Shown piece after piece: positions 36,389 to 45,645 of a stretch of 48,858 nucleotides of DNA. A program made the translations under genes and the position numbers. The stretch is from Planctomycetota bacterium (GTDB taxonomy: Bacteria; Planctomycetota; UBA11346): the NCBI GenBank assembly GCA_007693455.1, contig REDP01000237.1:1-48858 (forward strand). Direction: 5' to 3'. The notes below the pieces were generated by a model that searched no databases, had not been told where the DNA came from, and was given only the letters and a program-made list of their open reading frames with translations. How positions within the stretch are numbered: the stretch's first letter is position 1; each line of letters begins with the position of its first letter.

Positions 36389-37888
36389 TCAGGCGAGGGT
36401 CAATCGGTCTTGCCATGCGGCTGCTTGGTCGAGTCGTTGGTGGCGCGCTTGCTGGCCCATGTTTTGCCATGTGCGCACCGCACGCGCCATGCGGTGATTG
36501 GCTAAAAGCTCCTTGGCATGACGATCAATAAATGCCCAATATAAACCAGTAATGCCATCTTGCCACGGGCCTTTCGGCCAGCGTCCCATTTTCTTGAGAT
36601 AATTGGCGCCACAAACATAAGGCTTGGTAGTCATCAAACCGCCATCGGCATGCAAAGCCATGCCCATGACATTGGGGCCCATAACCCAGTCGGCACTGTC
36701 GATAAAGCACTGCATAAACCATTTCCAGGCTTCACGCGGATGAACCTGACAGAGGGTCATAAGATTACCGGCAACCATAAGGCGCTCTATATGATGGCCG
36801 TAGGCACGGCGGTGAATTTTATCGATGAGATGATCCAGCGGCGGAATAGTGCTACCGCCGCGCCACCAACAGGGGGCAAGTCGGCGCTGCGCGTGATAGT
36901 GGTTGGCGTGATCCTGATGGGTTCCGTAATGGCGATCTATGCCGTATACAAATTCTCGCCAGCCGAGCACTTGTCGACACCATCCTTCTACGGCAGCCAG
37001 TGGAGCATGGCCCTGCTCATAGGCCTCAACAACATCACCTGCTAGGTCGGAGGGGTGGAGAAGGCCTACATTGATGTACGGGCTCACGCAGGAATGAAAC
37101 AGCATATCATGCTCAACCGACATGGCATCTTGATAGGCGCCAAAATGGGGAAGGCGCTGGGTAAGAAATTGCCGCCACATATGCTGGGCCTGGGCGCGTG
37201 TGGTCGCCCAGGCAAATGCCTGGCCATGGCCAAGATGATCGGGAAAGGACTGCTGCACTTCTTTGATTACCGCCTGCTCGACACTTCCTGGAGCGGGTGG
37301 CTGATACGTTGGTACGGATAGAGTAGGTGGTAAAGCCTGACGATTGTCACGATCAAAACTCCAACGCCCACCCACTGGTTCGCCGTGGCCGTCCATAAGC
37401 AATCCGGTGCGTCGACGCTGCCACTGCCAGAAATCTGCCAAATGGAGGCGGCGGGCATCGCTCACCCATGCATCAAGGCTGGCGAGGGGTGTAGCGAACA
37501 AGGGTGAATCTGCTTCTTCACGCACGGCAATGCTGGCCTCCTGGCAGGCCTGGTGCATGGCCTCTCGGGCAAAGCGATCAGCTAAGGGAAAACAGCGCAG
37601 GCATCGCCAGCCATGCTGCTGCATCTGATCAATGACCTGCTGCCAGTGACTCGCCTGCGGATCTGACTGCTGGAGACTACGATACACCACCGTTGTCCCC
37701 TGCTCGCGACGTTCGGCGGCATAGTGACGCATGGCCGCCAAATGAAATACCAGCTTGTGTTGATGATAGGGAACATGACGGCAGAGATCATGACTCTCGA
37801 CCATGAGCACGGGTAAATCTGCCAGTGATCCCAAGCGTTGGCGAGAAAACAGTTGGTCGCCGCAAATGAGAAGCACCTCTTCGCTCAT
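36389..37888 (-). CDS. Cryptochrome/photolyase family protein, prokaryotic (6-4) photolyase (PhrB/CryPro-like)
   Basis: GDQL, HQHKL, PVGGRWSFDRDNR, FGAYQDAM, EGWCRQVLGWREF, HHIERLM, DSADWVM, DGGLMTTKPY; ATGA overlap with the upstream gene. Confidence 0.92.
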   Translation of the reverse strand: MSEEVLLICGDQLFSRQRLGSLADLPVLMVESHDLCRHVPYHQHKLVFHLAAMRHYAAERREQGTTVVYRSLQQSDPQASHWQQVIDQMQQHGWRCLRCFPLADRFAREAMHQACQEASIAVREEADSPLFATPLASLDAWVSDARRLHLADFWQWQRRRTGLLMDGHGEPVGGRWSFDRDNRQALPPTLSVPTYQPPAPGSVEQAVIKEVQQSFPDHLGHGQAFAWATTRAQAQHMWRQFLTQRLPHFGAYQDAMSVEHDMLFHSCVSPYINVGLLHPSDLAGDVVEAYEQGHAPLAAVEGWCRQVLGWREFVYGIDRHYGTHQDHANHYHAQRRLAPCWWRGGSTIPPLDHLIDKIHRRAYGHHIERLMVAGNLMTLCQVHPREAWKWFMQCFIDSADWVMGPNVMGMALHADGGLMTTKPYVCGANYLKKMGRWPKGPWQDGITGLYWAFIDRHAKELLANHRMARAVRTWQNMGQQARHQRLDQAAAWQDRLTLA

Positions 37889-39138
37889 GGCTGGGTCAAA
37901 GATTGCATAAGGTCGCGGGCGCAGCGCTCTCCACTTGCCAAGGCACCGTGAATGGAGGCATGATCGCGATGGTCGCCACACTGCCAACAGCCACTGGGAT
38001 GGCGTTGATCGCGCTCAGCCTGATGCAGATCTTCTGGCCACTGACGAGGTTGAGCATGAGCAATGGCTTGCTCGGTGATGCACTGCCAGGCATCAACCTG
38101 GGGGCCTAGCCATTGGCGCAGCTGCGATCGTACACGCGCCTCAAGATCCGGGGCGTTACCATCATCCCCCAACACGGTTGCCACCATCAGATGCTGGCCC
38201 GGGGGCGCATATCCACCGCAGACGTCTGAGGGGGCCGCTAAATGATTCACTGGACCAGTGCCATCACCATCAAGAACAATCCACGGACCAATGCCAGGAT
38301 CCACCGTACTGACAAACCACAGAGAGCGCAGTCCTACTCCTGGTGGCGGGGCTGGATCGCGTAACAGGCGAGCGCTCGCCACGGCATCAGTAGCCACCAC
38401 TACAGCCCGAGCAGAGACCACACTGCCATCGCTGCAGCGCACCTGGTTAGCCTGCGCAGACACCACTTGGCGACCGTAGTGGATGGTTCCTGGGGCCAAC
38501 TGCGCTGCTAACTGATCAGGGATGGCCTGCATTCCACCCCTCGGTAAACAGGCTGCTCCCTGGCTCAAACAGGCAAAATAGGCGCGAAAAAGACGACTTG
38601 AAGCACGCAATTGGCGATCGCATAAAATACCCGCAAACCACGGAGTAAGGAAATGATCCAGCATCTGAGGGCCAAACCCTTGGCACTGCAGCCACTCACG
38701 AGTAGACATCTGGGGACTCGCCAGGGCCTCGTCCATGGACATGCGTCGATGTTGCAGGGCCAAGCGCAGCATACGCAATTTATCCAGTAAGGATCCCGGG
38801 CCACTCAATGATGAGCCCATACAGCGTGGGTGCCGTATGGGGTCGGCCATGGGGCGGATTTTCCCTCGCCAATAGAGCTTCGCCCCAGGGATGAAGCGGC
38901 CCAAGGATAATGCATCCATATCAAGACGCTGCTGTACTTGGGGATAGGCATCCAAAACCACCTGAAAACCCACATCACAACGGAAGCCGGCAATGCTGCG
39001 CGAGCCAACACGGCCACCAGGTCGATCGTCGGCCTCGACAATGTGTACCGGCACTCCTGCAGCCTGGAGATCGCGCCCACAAGCCAAGCCTGCCATACCA
39101 GCACCGATGATTACTACTGGGGGGTGGGAGTCCTGCAT
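37885..39138 (-). CDS. Flavin-dependent amine-oxidase-family oxidoreductase
   Basis: VVIIGAGMAGL, EADDRPGGRV, DVGFQV, GGMQAIPDQL, CGDHRDHASIHGALASG. Confidence 0.88.
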   Translation of the reverse strand: MQDSHPPVVIIGAGMAGLACGRDLQAAGVPVHIVEADDRPGGRVGSRSIAGFRCDVGFQVVLDAYPQVQQRLDMDALSLGRFIPGAKLYWRGKIRPMADPIRHPRCMGSSLSGPGSLLDKLRMLRLALQHRRMSMDEALASPQMSTREWLQCQGFGPQMLDHFLTPWFAGILCDRQLRASSRLFRAYFACLSQGAACLPRGGMQAIPDQLAAQLAPGTIHYGRQVVSAQANQVRCSDGSVVSARAVVVATDAVASARLLRDPAPPPGVGLRSLWFVSTVDPGIGPWIVLDGDGTGPVNHLAAPSDVCGGYAPPGQHLMVATVLGDDGNAPDLEARVRSQLRQWLGPQVDAWQCITEQAIAHAQPRQWPEDLHQAERDQRHPSGCWQCGDHRDHASIHGALASGERCARDLMQSLTQP

Positions 39139-39445
39139 CACAGGAAAGTACGTATGATGAGGGCTTGTGCTTGCAGGCGAAAAACCCTCACGTCTTACCC
39201 CCGAATCCACGCTGGGCCATTCAGGGCGACGAGGATCTGTCTGCGCCCAACCCCTGCTCTTCTTCTTTGCGCTAGTGACTGTGCATCAGCACTCTCACGC
39301 GATTACAGAACACCACACAATGCACCACAGAGACCACCGGAAACACGATTGTAGGGGCAGTGCTGAGAGAGCATCTCGCCCACGGGATATTCCTAGGGGC
39401 TTTTAATGATCTTTTTTAGGTTGGCATGGGAACATCCGGGTTTTT

Positions 39446-41968
39446 TCACGCCGTGGTGGGGTCCTCGGGCCAGGGGTGCTTGGGGTAGCGGCCGCGAAGG
39501 TCTTTGCGTACCTGTTGGTAACTGCCGTGCCAGAAGCCTGCGAGGTCTTCGGTGATTTGCTGTTCGCGGCCATTGGGGGCGAGGAGGTGTAAGCGCACTG
39601 ACATCCGACCGCCAAGAATGCGGGGGCCATCGCGCCAGCCAAAGCAGTGCTGGATGCGAATCGCCAGGGAGGGAGGGCGCTGCGGATCACTATAATCCAG
39701 GGCTAGGGGCTTACCTCGGGGGGGCTGGATCTGGGCTGGCGCCAGGCGATCCAGGAGAGCCTGCTGAGGGTGGTCCAGAAGCAGGCTGAGGTAGTCTGAT
39801 ACGGGGGGGAGATCCTCGCGGGCAGTGATGCCATGGGCCCAAAGGGACAGTAAACGCGTCCCATGTTCTGGGTCATCTGGGTCGGGCAGGCCTTGACTGG
39901 GATCCTGAGCGCTCAGCCAGCGCCAACGGGTGAGCCATGCTCCAAGGCCTGCATCCTCTTGGAGGAGCGCCTGCCATTGGCCTGCCAGCTGCTCTTGCAG
40001 CAGGGCACTGGCGGCGACTCGGTTTGTGGCGCGACTGGGCTCCCAGGACAGGGTGAGGGATGCATAGCGGCGAACCTGCACTGCCTCCACGCGCTGACGC
40101 TGGGCATTCCAATGGAGTTCTTCCCCCTGCCAGGTGAGCGTGGGGTGGACCTGCTGCAGAAGGTCCCAGTCACATGCCGCCGCCCCTTCGCAGATGGTGG
40201 CATGGCGACCGTGGCCGCCCAGGCCGCGGATCGAATAGGCCAGGCAGAGGGGATCGCCACTACTGCCCGGACGTACGGCCTGACACGACGCCGGGGCCAA
40301 GCCGGCGGCAATTCCGCCGACAATTTTAAGGTTATTGCTACGCGGACCACTGCGCTTGCCCACGCGATCGGGATAGGCAGCTAGCAATAATGCTGGAAGC
40401 TGGGCTGCCATTTCCGGGGTATAGGCTGGCGCTGCCGCGGTGGCTGCACCCCAGTGCCGCAGGAGATCGCGTCGCGCGGCATCGATCTGTCGCCAGGCGA
40501 GCGCATGCACACTTGGGTGCTGGGGGCCTGCTGCCAGAAGAGCGAGATCGTCTTCAATATCGGCGCGTTGGGCATGGCCGAGGCGATCCGACATCGTGGC
40601 GCGGATACTGCGTTCGCTCAATAGGGCTGCCACGGCTGCCCCCAAGGGAAGGACATCTGCTTGTTCGGCGGCAAGGAGGAGGCGCGCCAAACGAGGGTGC
40701 AGGGGCAAACCAGCAAGATACTGGCCCATGGCGGTCAATCCGCCGTAGGGCGCTTGGATGTAGCCAAGCTGTTGCAGAAGCTCCTCTGCAGCTTGCAGGC
40801 GTTGCTGATCGGGTGCTTCAAACCAGGGAAAGGTGCGCAGGTCATTGCCGTGAATACCGCGTAATTGCACACATAAGGGTGCAAGGTCGCTGCGGCGAAT
40901 TTCGGCTACAATCTCAGCAGCAAGGCGTTGATCCTCGAGGCGCGACCACAGGCGGAGGCACCAGCCAGGCGCAGTCCTTCCCGCCCTGCCAGCGCGTTGA
41001 TCGGCGTTCCAGCGACTAATGCGTTCCAAACGCAGGATTTCTAAACCGCTATCAGCATCCACATGGGCAGTGCGCTGCCAGCCGCTATCCACCACCGCCG
41101 TAACACCCTCGATGGTCAAACTGGTTTCGGCAACATTGGTAGCCACCACCACTTTGCGCCTGCCCTGGGGATCAGGCCGCAGGGCGCGATCTTGCTCCTG
41201 GGCAGAGAGAGATCCATGCAGGGGCAAAGCCACGCATTCCATATGCCCAAGGCCCGCAATAACGCCACGTATTTCTCCCACTCCTGGGACAAATGCGAGG
41301 ACATCCCCCTTCTCTACGGACTGCAAGGCACGCTCGATCCCGGCACACACGGCAGCATCACGACGGGTACGGGGGGCAGGGGCCTGGTAGACCGTAGCTA
41401 CGGGAAAACTACGGCCCGGGCAATCAATTACCGGGCAATCATCCAAGGCTTGGGACAGGGGCTGAGGATCGATGGTGGCACTCATGACCACAAGGCCAAG
41501 ATCGGGGCGCACGGTGCGCCGTAATTCGGCGACCCAGGCAAAGGCAATATCGGCATGCAAAGATCGTTCGTGAAATTCATCCACCACCACCACCCTGACG
41601 CCCTGCAGATAGGGATCGTGGTGTAAGCGCCGCGTAAGGATGCCCTCGGTAATGACCCACAAACGGGTTGCGGCGCTGCCCACTTTATCATGGCGTATGT
41701 GGTGACCAATGCTCTGTCCCACAGCTTCACCTCGTTCAGCAGCGATGCGCGCCGCTACCGCCCGTGCGGCAACCCGGCGGGGCTGAAGCAGGAGGATATC
41801 ACCGTCCCCATGCGGCAGGAGCGATGGCGCTACCCGTGTACTTTTTCCCGCCCCTGGAGCCGCCACCACAATGGCCGCACCATGATCCCCTAGGGCCTGA
41901 GTCACCTGCGCAAGATGCGCGTCTATGGGTAAGGGTGCCAGGGAGGGTGGAAATGATGCCTCAGACAC
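39446..41968 (-). CDS. hrpB: ATP-dependent helicase HrpB
   Basis: APGAGKST, QPRRVAAR, DEFHER, MSAT, ATNVAETSLTI, QRAGRAGR; C-terminal FWHGSYQQVRKDLRGRYPKHPWPEDP. Confidence 0.95.
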   Translation of the reverse strand: MSEASFPPSLAPLPIDAHLAQVTQALGDHGAAIVVAAPGAGKSTRVAPSLLPHGDGDILLLQPRRVAARAVAARIAAERGEAVGQSIGHHIRHDKVGSAATRLWVITEGILTRRLHHDPYLQGVRVVVVDEFHERSLHADIAFAWVAELRRTVRPDLGLVVMSATIDPQPLSQALDDCPVIDCPGRSFPVATVYQAPAPRTRRDAAVCAGIERALQSVEKGDVLAFVPGVGEIRGVIAGLGHMECVALPLHGSLSAQEQDRALRPDPQGRRKVVVATNVAETSLTIEGVTAVVDSGWQRTAHVDADSGLEILRLERISRWNADQRAGRAGRTAPGWCLRLWSRLEDQRLAAEIVAEIRRSDLAPLCVQLRGIHGNDLRTFPWFEAPDQQRLQAAEELLQQLGYIQAPYGGLTAMGQYLAGLPLHPRLARLLLAAEQADVLPLGAAVAALLSERSIRATMSDRLGHAQRADIEDDLALLAAGPQHPSVHALAWRQIDAARRDLLRHWGAATAAAPAYTPEMAAQLPALLLAAYPDRVGKRSGPRSNNLKIVGGIAAGLAPASCQAVRPGSSGDPLCLAYSIRGLGGHGRHATICEGAAACDWDLLQQVHPTLTWQGEELHWNAQRQRVEAVQVRRYASLTLSWEPSRATNRVAASALLQEQLAGQWQALLQEDAGLGAWLTRWRWLSAQDPSQGLPDPDDPEHGTRLLSLWAHGITAREDLPPVSDYLSLLLDHPQQALLDRLAPAQIQPPRGKPLALDYSDPQRPPSLAIRIQHCFGWRDGPRILGGRMSVRLHLLAPNGREQQITEDLAGFWHGSYQQVRKDLRGRYPKHPWPEDPTTA

Positions 41969-42845
41969 GCGGGCCCTGCTCCACCTGCGCTGCGGTCAAA
42001 AAATCATCGAGGGTAGGAAGGCGCTCACGAGTAATTCCTAAGCGCGGCCGACAGGCCAGGAGCCCCTTGGTATAGGGATGCTGGGGGTCGGCGAAAATGT
42101 CGCGCACGGGGCCTTCCTCCACTTTTTTGCCGCGCCACATGAGCGCCACTCGGTCGGCAAGCTCTGCCACCACACCGAGATCGTGAGTAATAAACAGTAC
42201 TGCCATGCCCCGTTCTGCCTGGAGGCGCTTGAGCAATTCAAGTATTTGGGCTTGGATGGTTACATCTAAGGCTGTGGTGGGCTCATCGGCGATAAGCAGT
42301 TCAGGATCGCAGGCCAGGGCCATGGCAATGCAGACGCGCTGACGCATGCCACCAGACAATTCATGGGGATATTGATCGTAGCGCTGAGACGCTTCGGGGA
42401 TGCCCACATCGTTGAACAGTTCCACCACGCGATCACGCCGTTGCTGGGCATTGAGGGTGGTATGCAATTGGAGCGCTTCGTCGACCTGCCTGCCCACTGT
42501 CCAGGTGGGATTGAGGCTGGTCATGGGCTCTTGGAAAACGATGCCGATTTCCTTGCCGCGCAGACGCCGTAAACGCTGATCATTCATCGTCAGCACGTCC
42601 TCACCGCGCCAGAGAATGCGGCCCTGGGGATAGCTTGCTGGAGGCATCGGCAGCAGGCGCAGAGCCGACATGGCGGACACACTTTTACCGGAGCCCGATT
42701 CACCCACCAAGGCCATAACTTGGCCTGGATCGATGCGCAAGGAAAGCCCCCGTACGGCATCAGTGGTGGCACCGCGAGCGTGGAAGCGGACATGGACATC
42801 ATCAAATTGCAGGAGGGGATCTGCGGTGCTGGTATCTTGGCCCAT
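41961..42845 (-). CDS. oppD: Oligopeptide/dipeptide ABC transporter ATP-binding protein
   Basis: [51 protein letters not shown]. Confidence 0.9.
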   Translation of the reverse strand: MGQDTSTADPLLQFDDVHVRFHARGATTDAVRGLSLRIDPGQVMALVGESGSGKSVSAMSALRLLPMPPASYPQGRILWRGEDVLTMNDQRLRRLRGKEIGIVFQEPMTSLNPTWTVGRQVDEALQLHTTLNAQQRRDRVVELFNDVGIPEASQRYDQYPHELSGGMRQRVCIAMALACDPELLIADEPTTALDVTIQAQILELLKRLQAERGMAVLFITHDLGVVAELADRVALMWRGKKVEEGPVRDIFADPQHPYTKGLLACRPRLGITRERLPTLDDFLTAAQVEQGPRV

Positions 42846-42850
42846 AGTGC

Positions 42851-44158
42851 CTACTCCTCATTGCGCGGGTCGAGTGCCTCGCGCATGGCATTGCCCAATA
42901 AATTGAGACTGCTCACCAAGCCAAAGATGGCCAAACCAGGAATCCAAATCAGCCAAGCATAGGCCACCTGTTGCCGCCCCACATCCAAAAGACTGCCCCA
43001 GCTCGGCACCGAATCATCACCCATGCCAATAAAAGCCAGGCCGCTTTCCGCCAATACCATCCCCGCCATACCGAAGGCGGCGCTAATCATCAGCGGCGTC
43101 AGGGTATTGGGAAGCACGTGGCGAAACATAATACGACTGGTGCGCAGGCCCAAGGCTTCCGCCGCCAAGACATACTCACGCCCCGATTGGGCGAGAAACT
43201 CCCCTCTAACTAGCCTTGTAGTACCTGCCCAGCCAGTGAGGCCAAAGACAATCATCATCAAATAAATATCCCTCCCCCACATGGCCACCACTACCAAGAC
43301 CAAAATAAAGGTGGGAAAGGCCATCATGATTTCCACCAGGCGTTGTATAAATAAGTCCACCCAGCCACCAAAGTAGCCACTGGTGGCACCCAAAATAATG
43401 CCAATAAACATGGAAATACCGACCGCCACCACGCCAATGGTGAGACTAATACGCGAACCAAAGATCATCCGGGCAAAGACATCTTGGCCGCGATCATCAG
43501 TCCCCCACCAAAAACGCCGATCGGTATCGGGATTGATGGTTCCCGGGCTTTGGTAGCTGTAAAAGTTACTGGTATAATTATGCCGTACCAAGGGGTAGAG
43601 GGCAAAAATTTGCACCTCAGGGTCTTCCGCCACAAGCGCACGATGATTGCGCCAGGTATGGCTGGTGGTACGGCGCTCATCCCAGAGGGCGCGACGCTCG
43701 GAAAACTCACCACCACTAGGAGCCAGGGGCAGCCAGGCCAAGAACATGGCCAAGACTTGCACCGCCACCAGCAGCATAATACGCGTGGTCACCGGGGTTT
43801 TGCGCCAACGCCCCAATACCCACCAGCCAATCACGTACGCAGGTAAAAGAAGGCCCAAAACATTAAACAGGAGATGGTGGGGCTTTTCGTAGCTATTGCG
43901 ATTCAATAGATCGGCCAGCAAGGGAAAGCGCAGACCCTGGTCGTCCCACCAGATAATGGCCACTTCGCTGGCAAAAAGGGGAGCATAGGTGGCGGTCAGG
44001 AAGAACACCAGCAAGAGGGCCAAACCCATACGCGCCGAACCCATGCGCATAAAACGCGCCATGGCCATGGCCATGGGAGAGCGTCCTCGTGCTGGGTCGC
44101 TCGACGGAGGGCCAGACGTGGCTTGCGTATCGTGGGGGGGTGGTGGCAGATCAGACAT
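42851..44158 (-). CDS. oppC: Oligopeptide ABC transporter permease
   Basis: WGTDDRGQDVFARMIFGSRISL, EYVLAAEALG..RIMFRHVLPN, PSWG. Confidence 0.9.
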   Translation of the reverse strand: MSDLPPPPHDTQATSGPPSSDPARGRSPMAMAMARFMRMGSARMGLALLLVFFLTATYAPLFASEVAIIWWDDQGLRFPLLADLLNRNSYEKPHHLLFNVLGLLLPAYVIGWWVLGRWRKTPVTTRIMLLVAVQVLAMFLAWLPLAPSGGEFSERRALWDERRTTSHTWRNHRALVAEDPEVQIFALYPLVRHNYTSNFYSYQSPGTINPDTDRRFWWGTDDRGQDVFARMIFGSRISLTIGVVAVGISMFIGIILGATSGYFGGWVDLFIQRLVEIMMAFPTFILVLVVVAMWGRDIYLMMIVFGLTGWAGTTRLVRGEFLAQSGREYVLAAEALGLRTSRIMFRHVLPNTLTPLMISAAFGMAGMVLAESGLAFIGMGDDSVPSWGSLLDVGRQQVAYAWLIWIPGLAIFGLVSSLNLLGNAMREALDPRNEE

Positions 44159-45638
44159 AACGACTCCGAATGCGTGGATCCACCACCGCATACAAGAGGT
44201 CTGCCAAAAGAATGCTGATCAACAGCAGGGACACGGAAATGACCGTGGCCCCCATCACCAACGGCGCGTCCTTAGCGCGCGCCGCCTCTAAGAGCAAGGT
44301 GCCCAGACCAGGAATGGAAAACATATACTCCACCACCACAAATCCGCCAAACAGGGCTGACAATAAGCCGGACCCCATGGTGATCATGGTAATCATGGAA
44401 TTGCGCAGATTATGCTTGTAGACGATGGCGTCTTCACTCACTCCCTTGGCGCGGGCGGTACGAGCGTAGTCAGCCCCCATTTGATCCAATAAGGCCCCGC
44501 GCATATAGCGCGATAGGACGGTAAAGCTACCATAGGTGAGGCAGAATAGGGGCAGCAAGCCATGATAAGCGACAGCCATAAGGTAGGCCGGAGTATGCAG
44601 CCACAAACTATCGGTATCGGGTAAGCCTTGGGCGGGGAAGAGGGCGGCCGATCCTTCGCGATCGGTACACAGATAAAACAGCAGCAACGCACCAACAAAG
44701 AACTCGGGCAAGGACCACAGCATAAATAAGCTATTGGTGGTTGCCTTATCTTCCAAACTGCCCTTGCGGCGGGCAGAGCGAATGCCAATGGGAACGGCAA
44801 TGGTCCAGGCTAAAAATACCGAAAGGAACTGCAGCCAAAAGGAGATATACCAGCGCTCACCAATCAGCTCAAATACCGGGCGACGGAATTGCTCTGACTC
44901 CAAACGTCCGGAAAAAAAGCGTCCGAAGAAATCAATAAAGCCCGTTTCAAGAAATACAGCCGCCCACGCTGCCCCCGGGCCATAGGTAAAATCTTCGCCA
45001 TAACGTTGCCACCACTCTTGAATATTGTGCAACCGCTCGCGGTAAGTCTCCTCGTCCACGGTTAGGGAAAAGCCCCCTTCAAAGGTGTTTTCATGGCCAA
45101 TGCGGATGTGGCGCAAACGCGCATTGCGGGTACTGATATGCGAGCGCTGGGCGCTGGGCATAGTCTGGATATCATGCAACGATAGCGGCCGATAGGCGGC
45201 AAAACTCAAGGCGTAACTGGCGGGGCCATGCAGGTGTTCCTGATCGGGATCACTCAGAATCTCATAGAGCGGCTGCACGGCAAAACGGCCACTGAGCCAC
45301 AGGCCGCTTTCCCGTCGCTGCCGCCGGGCCTCTTCGTCCTGCATGCCTTCTTCGCGCTCGGTGCTCTCCAGCCAGGATTGCACCCGATCTCGATGCAAAA
45401 AGCCGCGCATATTGATGATGGCTGGAAGATGCCGCCCGCTCATGGCGGCGGTGCGGATACTGCTCTCCACGGTTTGCCCGATCAGCTGCGGATCAAGGGC
45501 ATTGTCTTCGCTACCTTCTTGGCTCAGAGCTGAGCGTAAAGGGTCATCGGCACATCGCAGTACCGCGAAATTAATCAGCAAGATTCCGACAATGGTCGGA
45601 ATCATTAACAGCAGACGACGAGCAATGTACCCCCACAC
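44151..45638 (-). CDS. oppB: Oligopeptide ABC transporter permease with large insertion
   Basis: YIARRLLLMIPT, DYARTARAKG..HNLRNS, DLLYAVVDPRI. Confidence 0.9.
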   Translation of the reverse strand: MWGYIARRLLLMIPTIVGILLINFAVLRCADDPLRSALSQEGSEDNALDPQLIGQTVESSIRTAAMSGRHLPAIINMRGFLHRDRVQSWLESTEREEGMQDEEARRQRRESGLWLSGRFAVQPLYEILSDPDQEHLHGPASYALSFAAYRPLSLHDIQTMPSAQRSHISTRNARLRHIRIGHENTFEGGFSLTVDEETYRERLHNIQEWWQRYGEDFTYGPGAAWAAVFLETGFIDFFGRFFSGRLESEQFRRPVFELIGERWYISFWLQFLSVFLAWTIAVPIGIRSARRKGSLEDKATTNSLFMLWSLPEFFVGALLLFYLCTDREGSAALFPAQGLPDTDSLWLHTPAYLMAVAYHGLLPLFCLTYGSFTVLSRYMRGALLDQMGADYARTARAKGVSEDAIVYKHNLRNSMITMITMGSGLLSALFGGFVVVEYMFSIPGLGTLLLEAARAKDAPLVMGATVISVSLLLISILLADLLYAVVDPRIRSRYV

Positions 45639-45645
45639 CTGGCCG

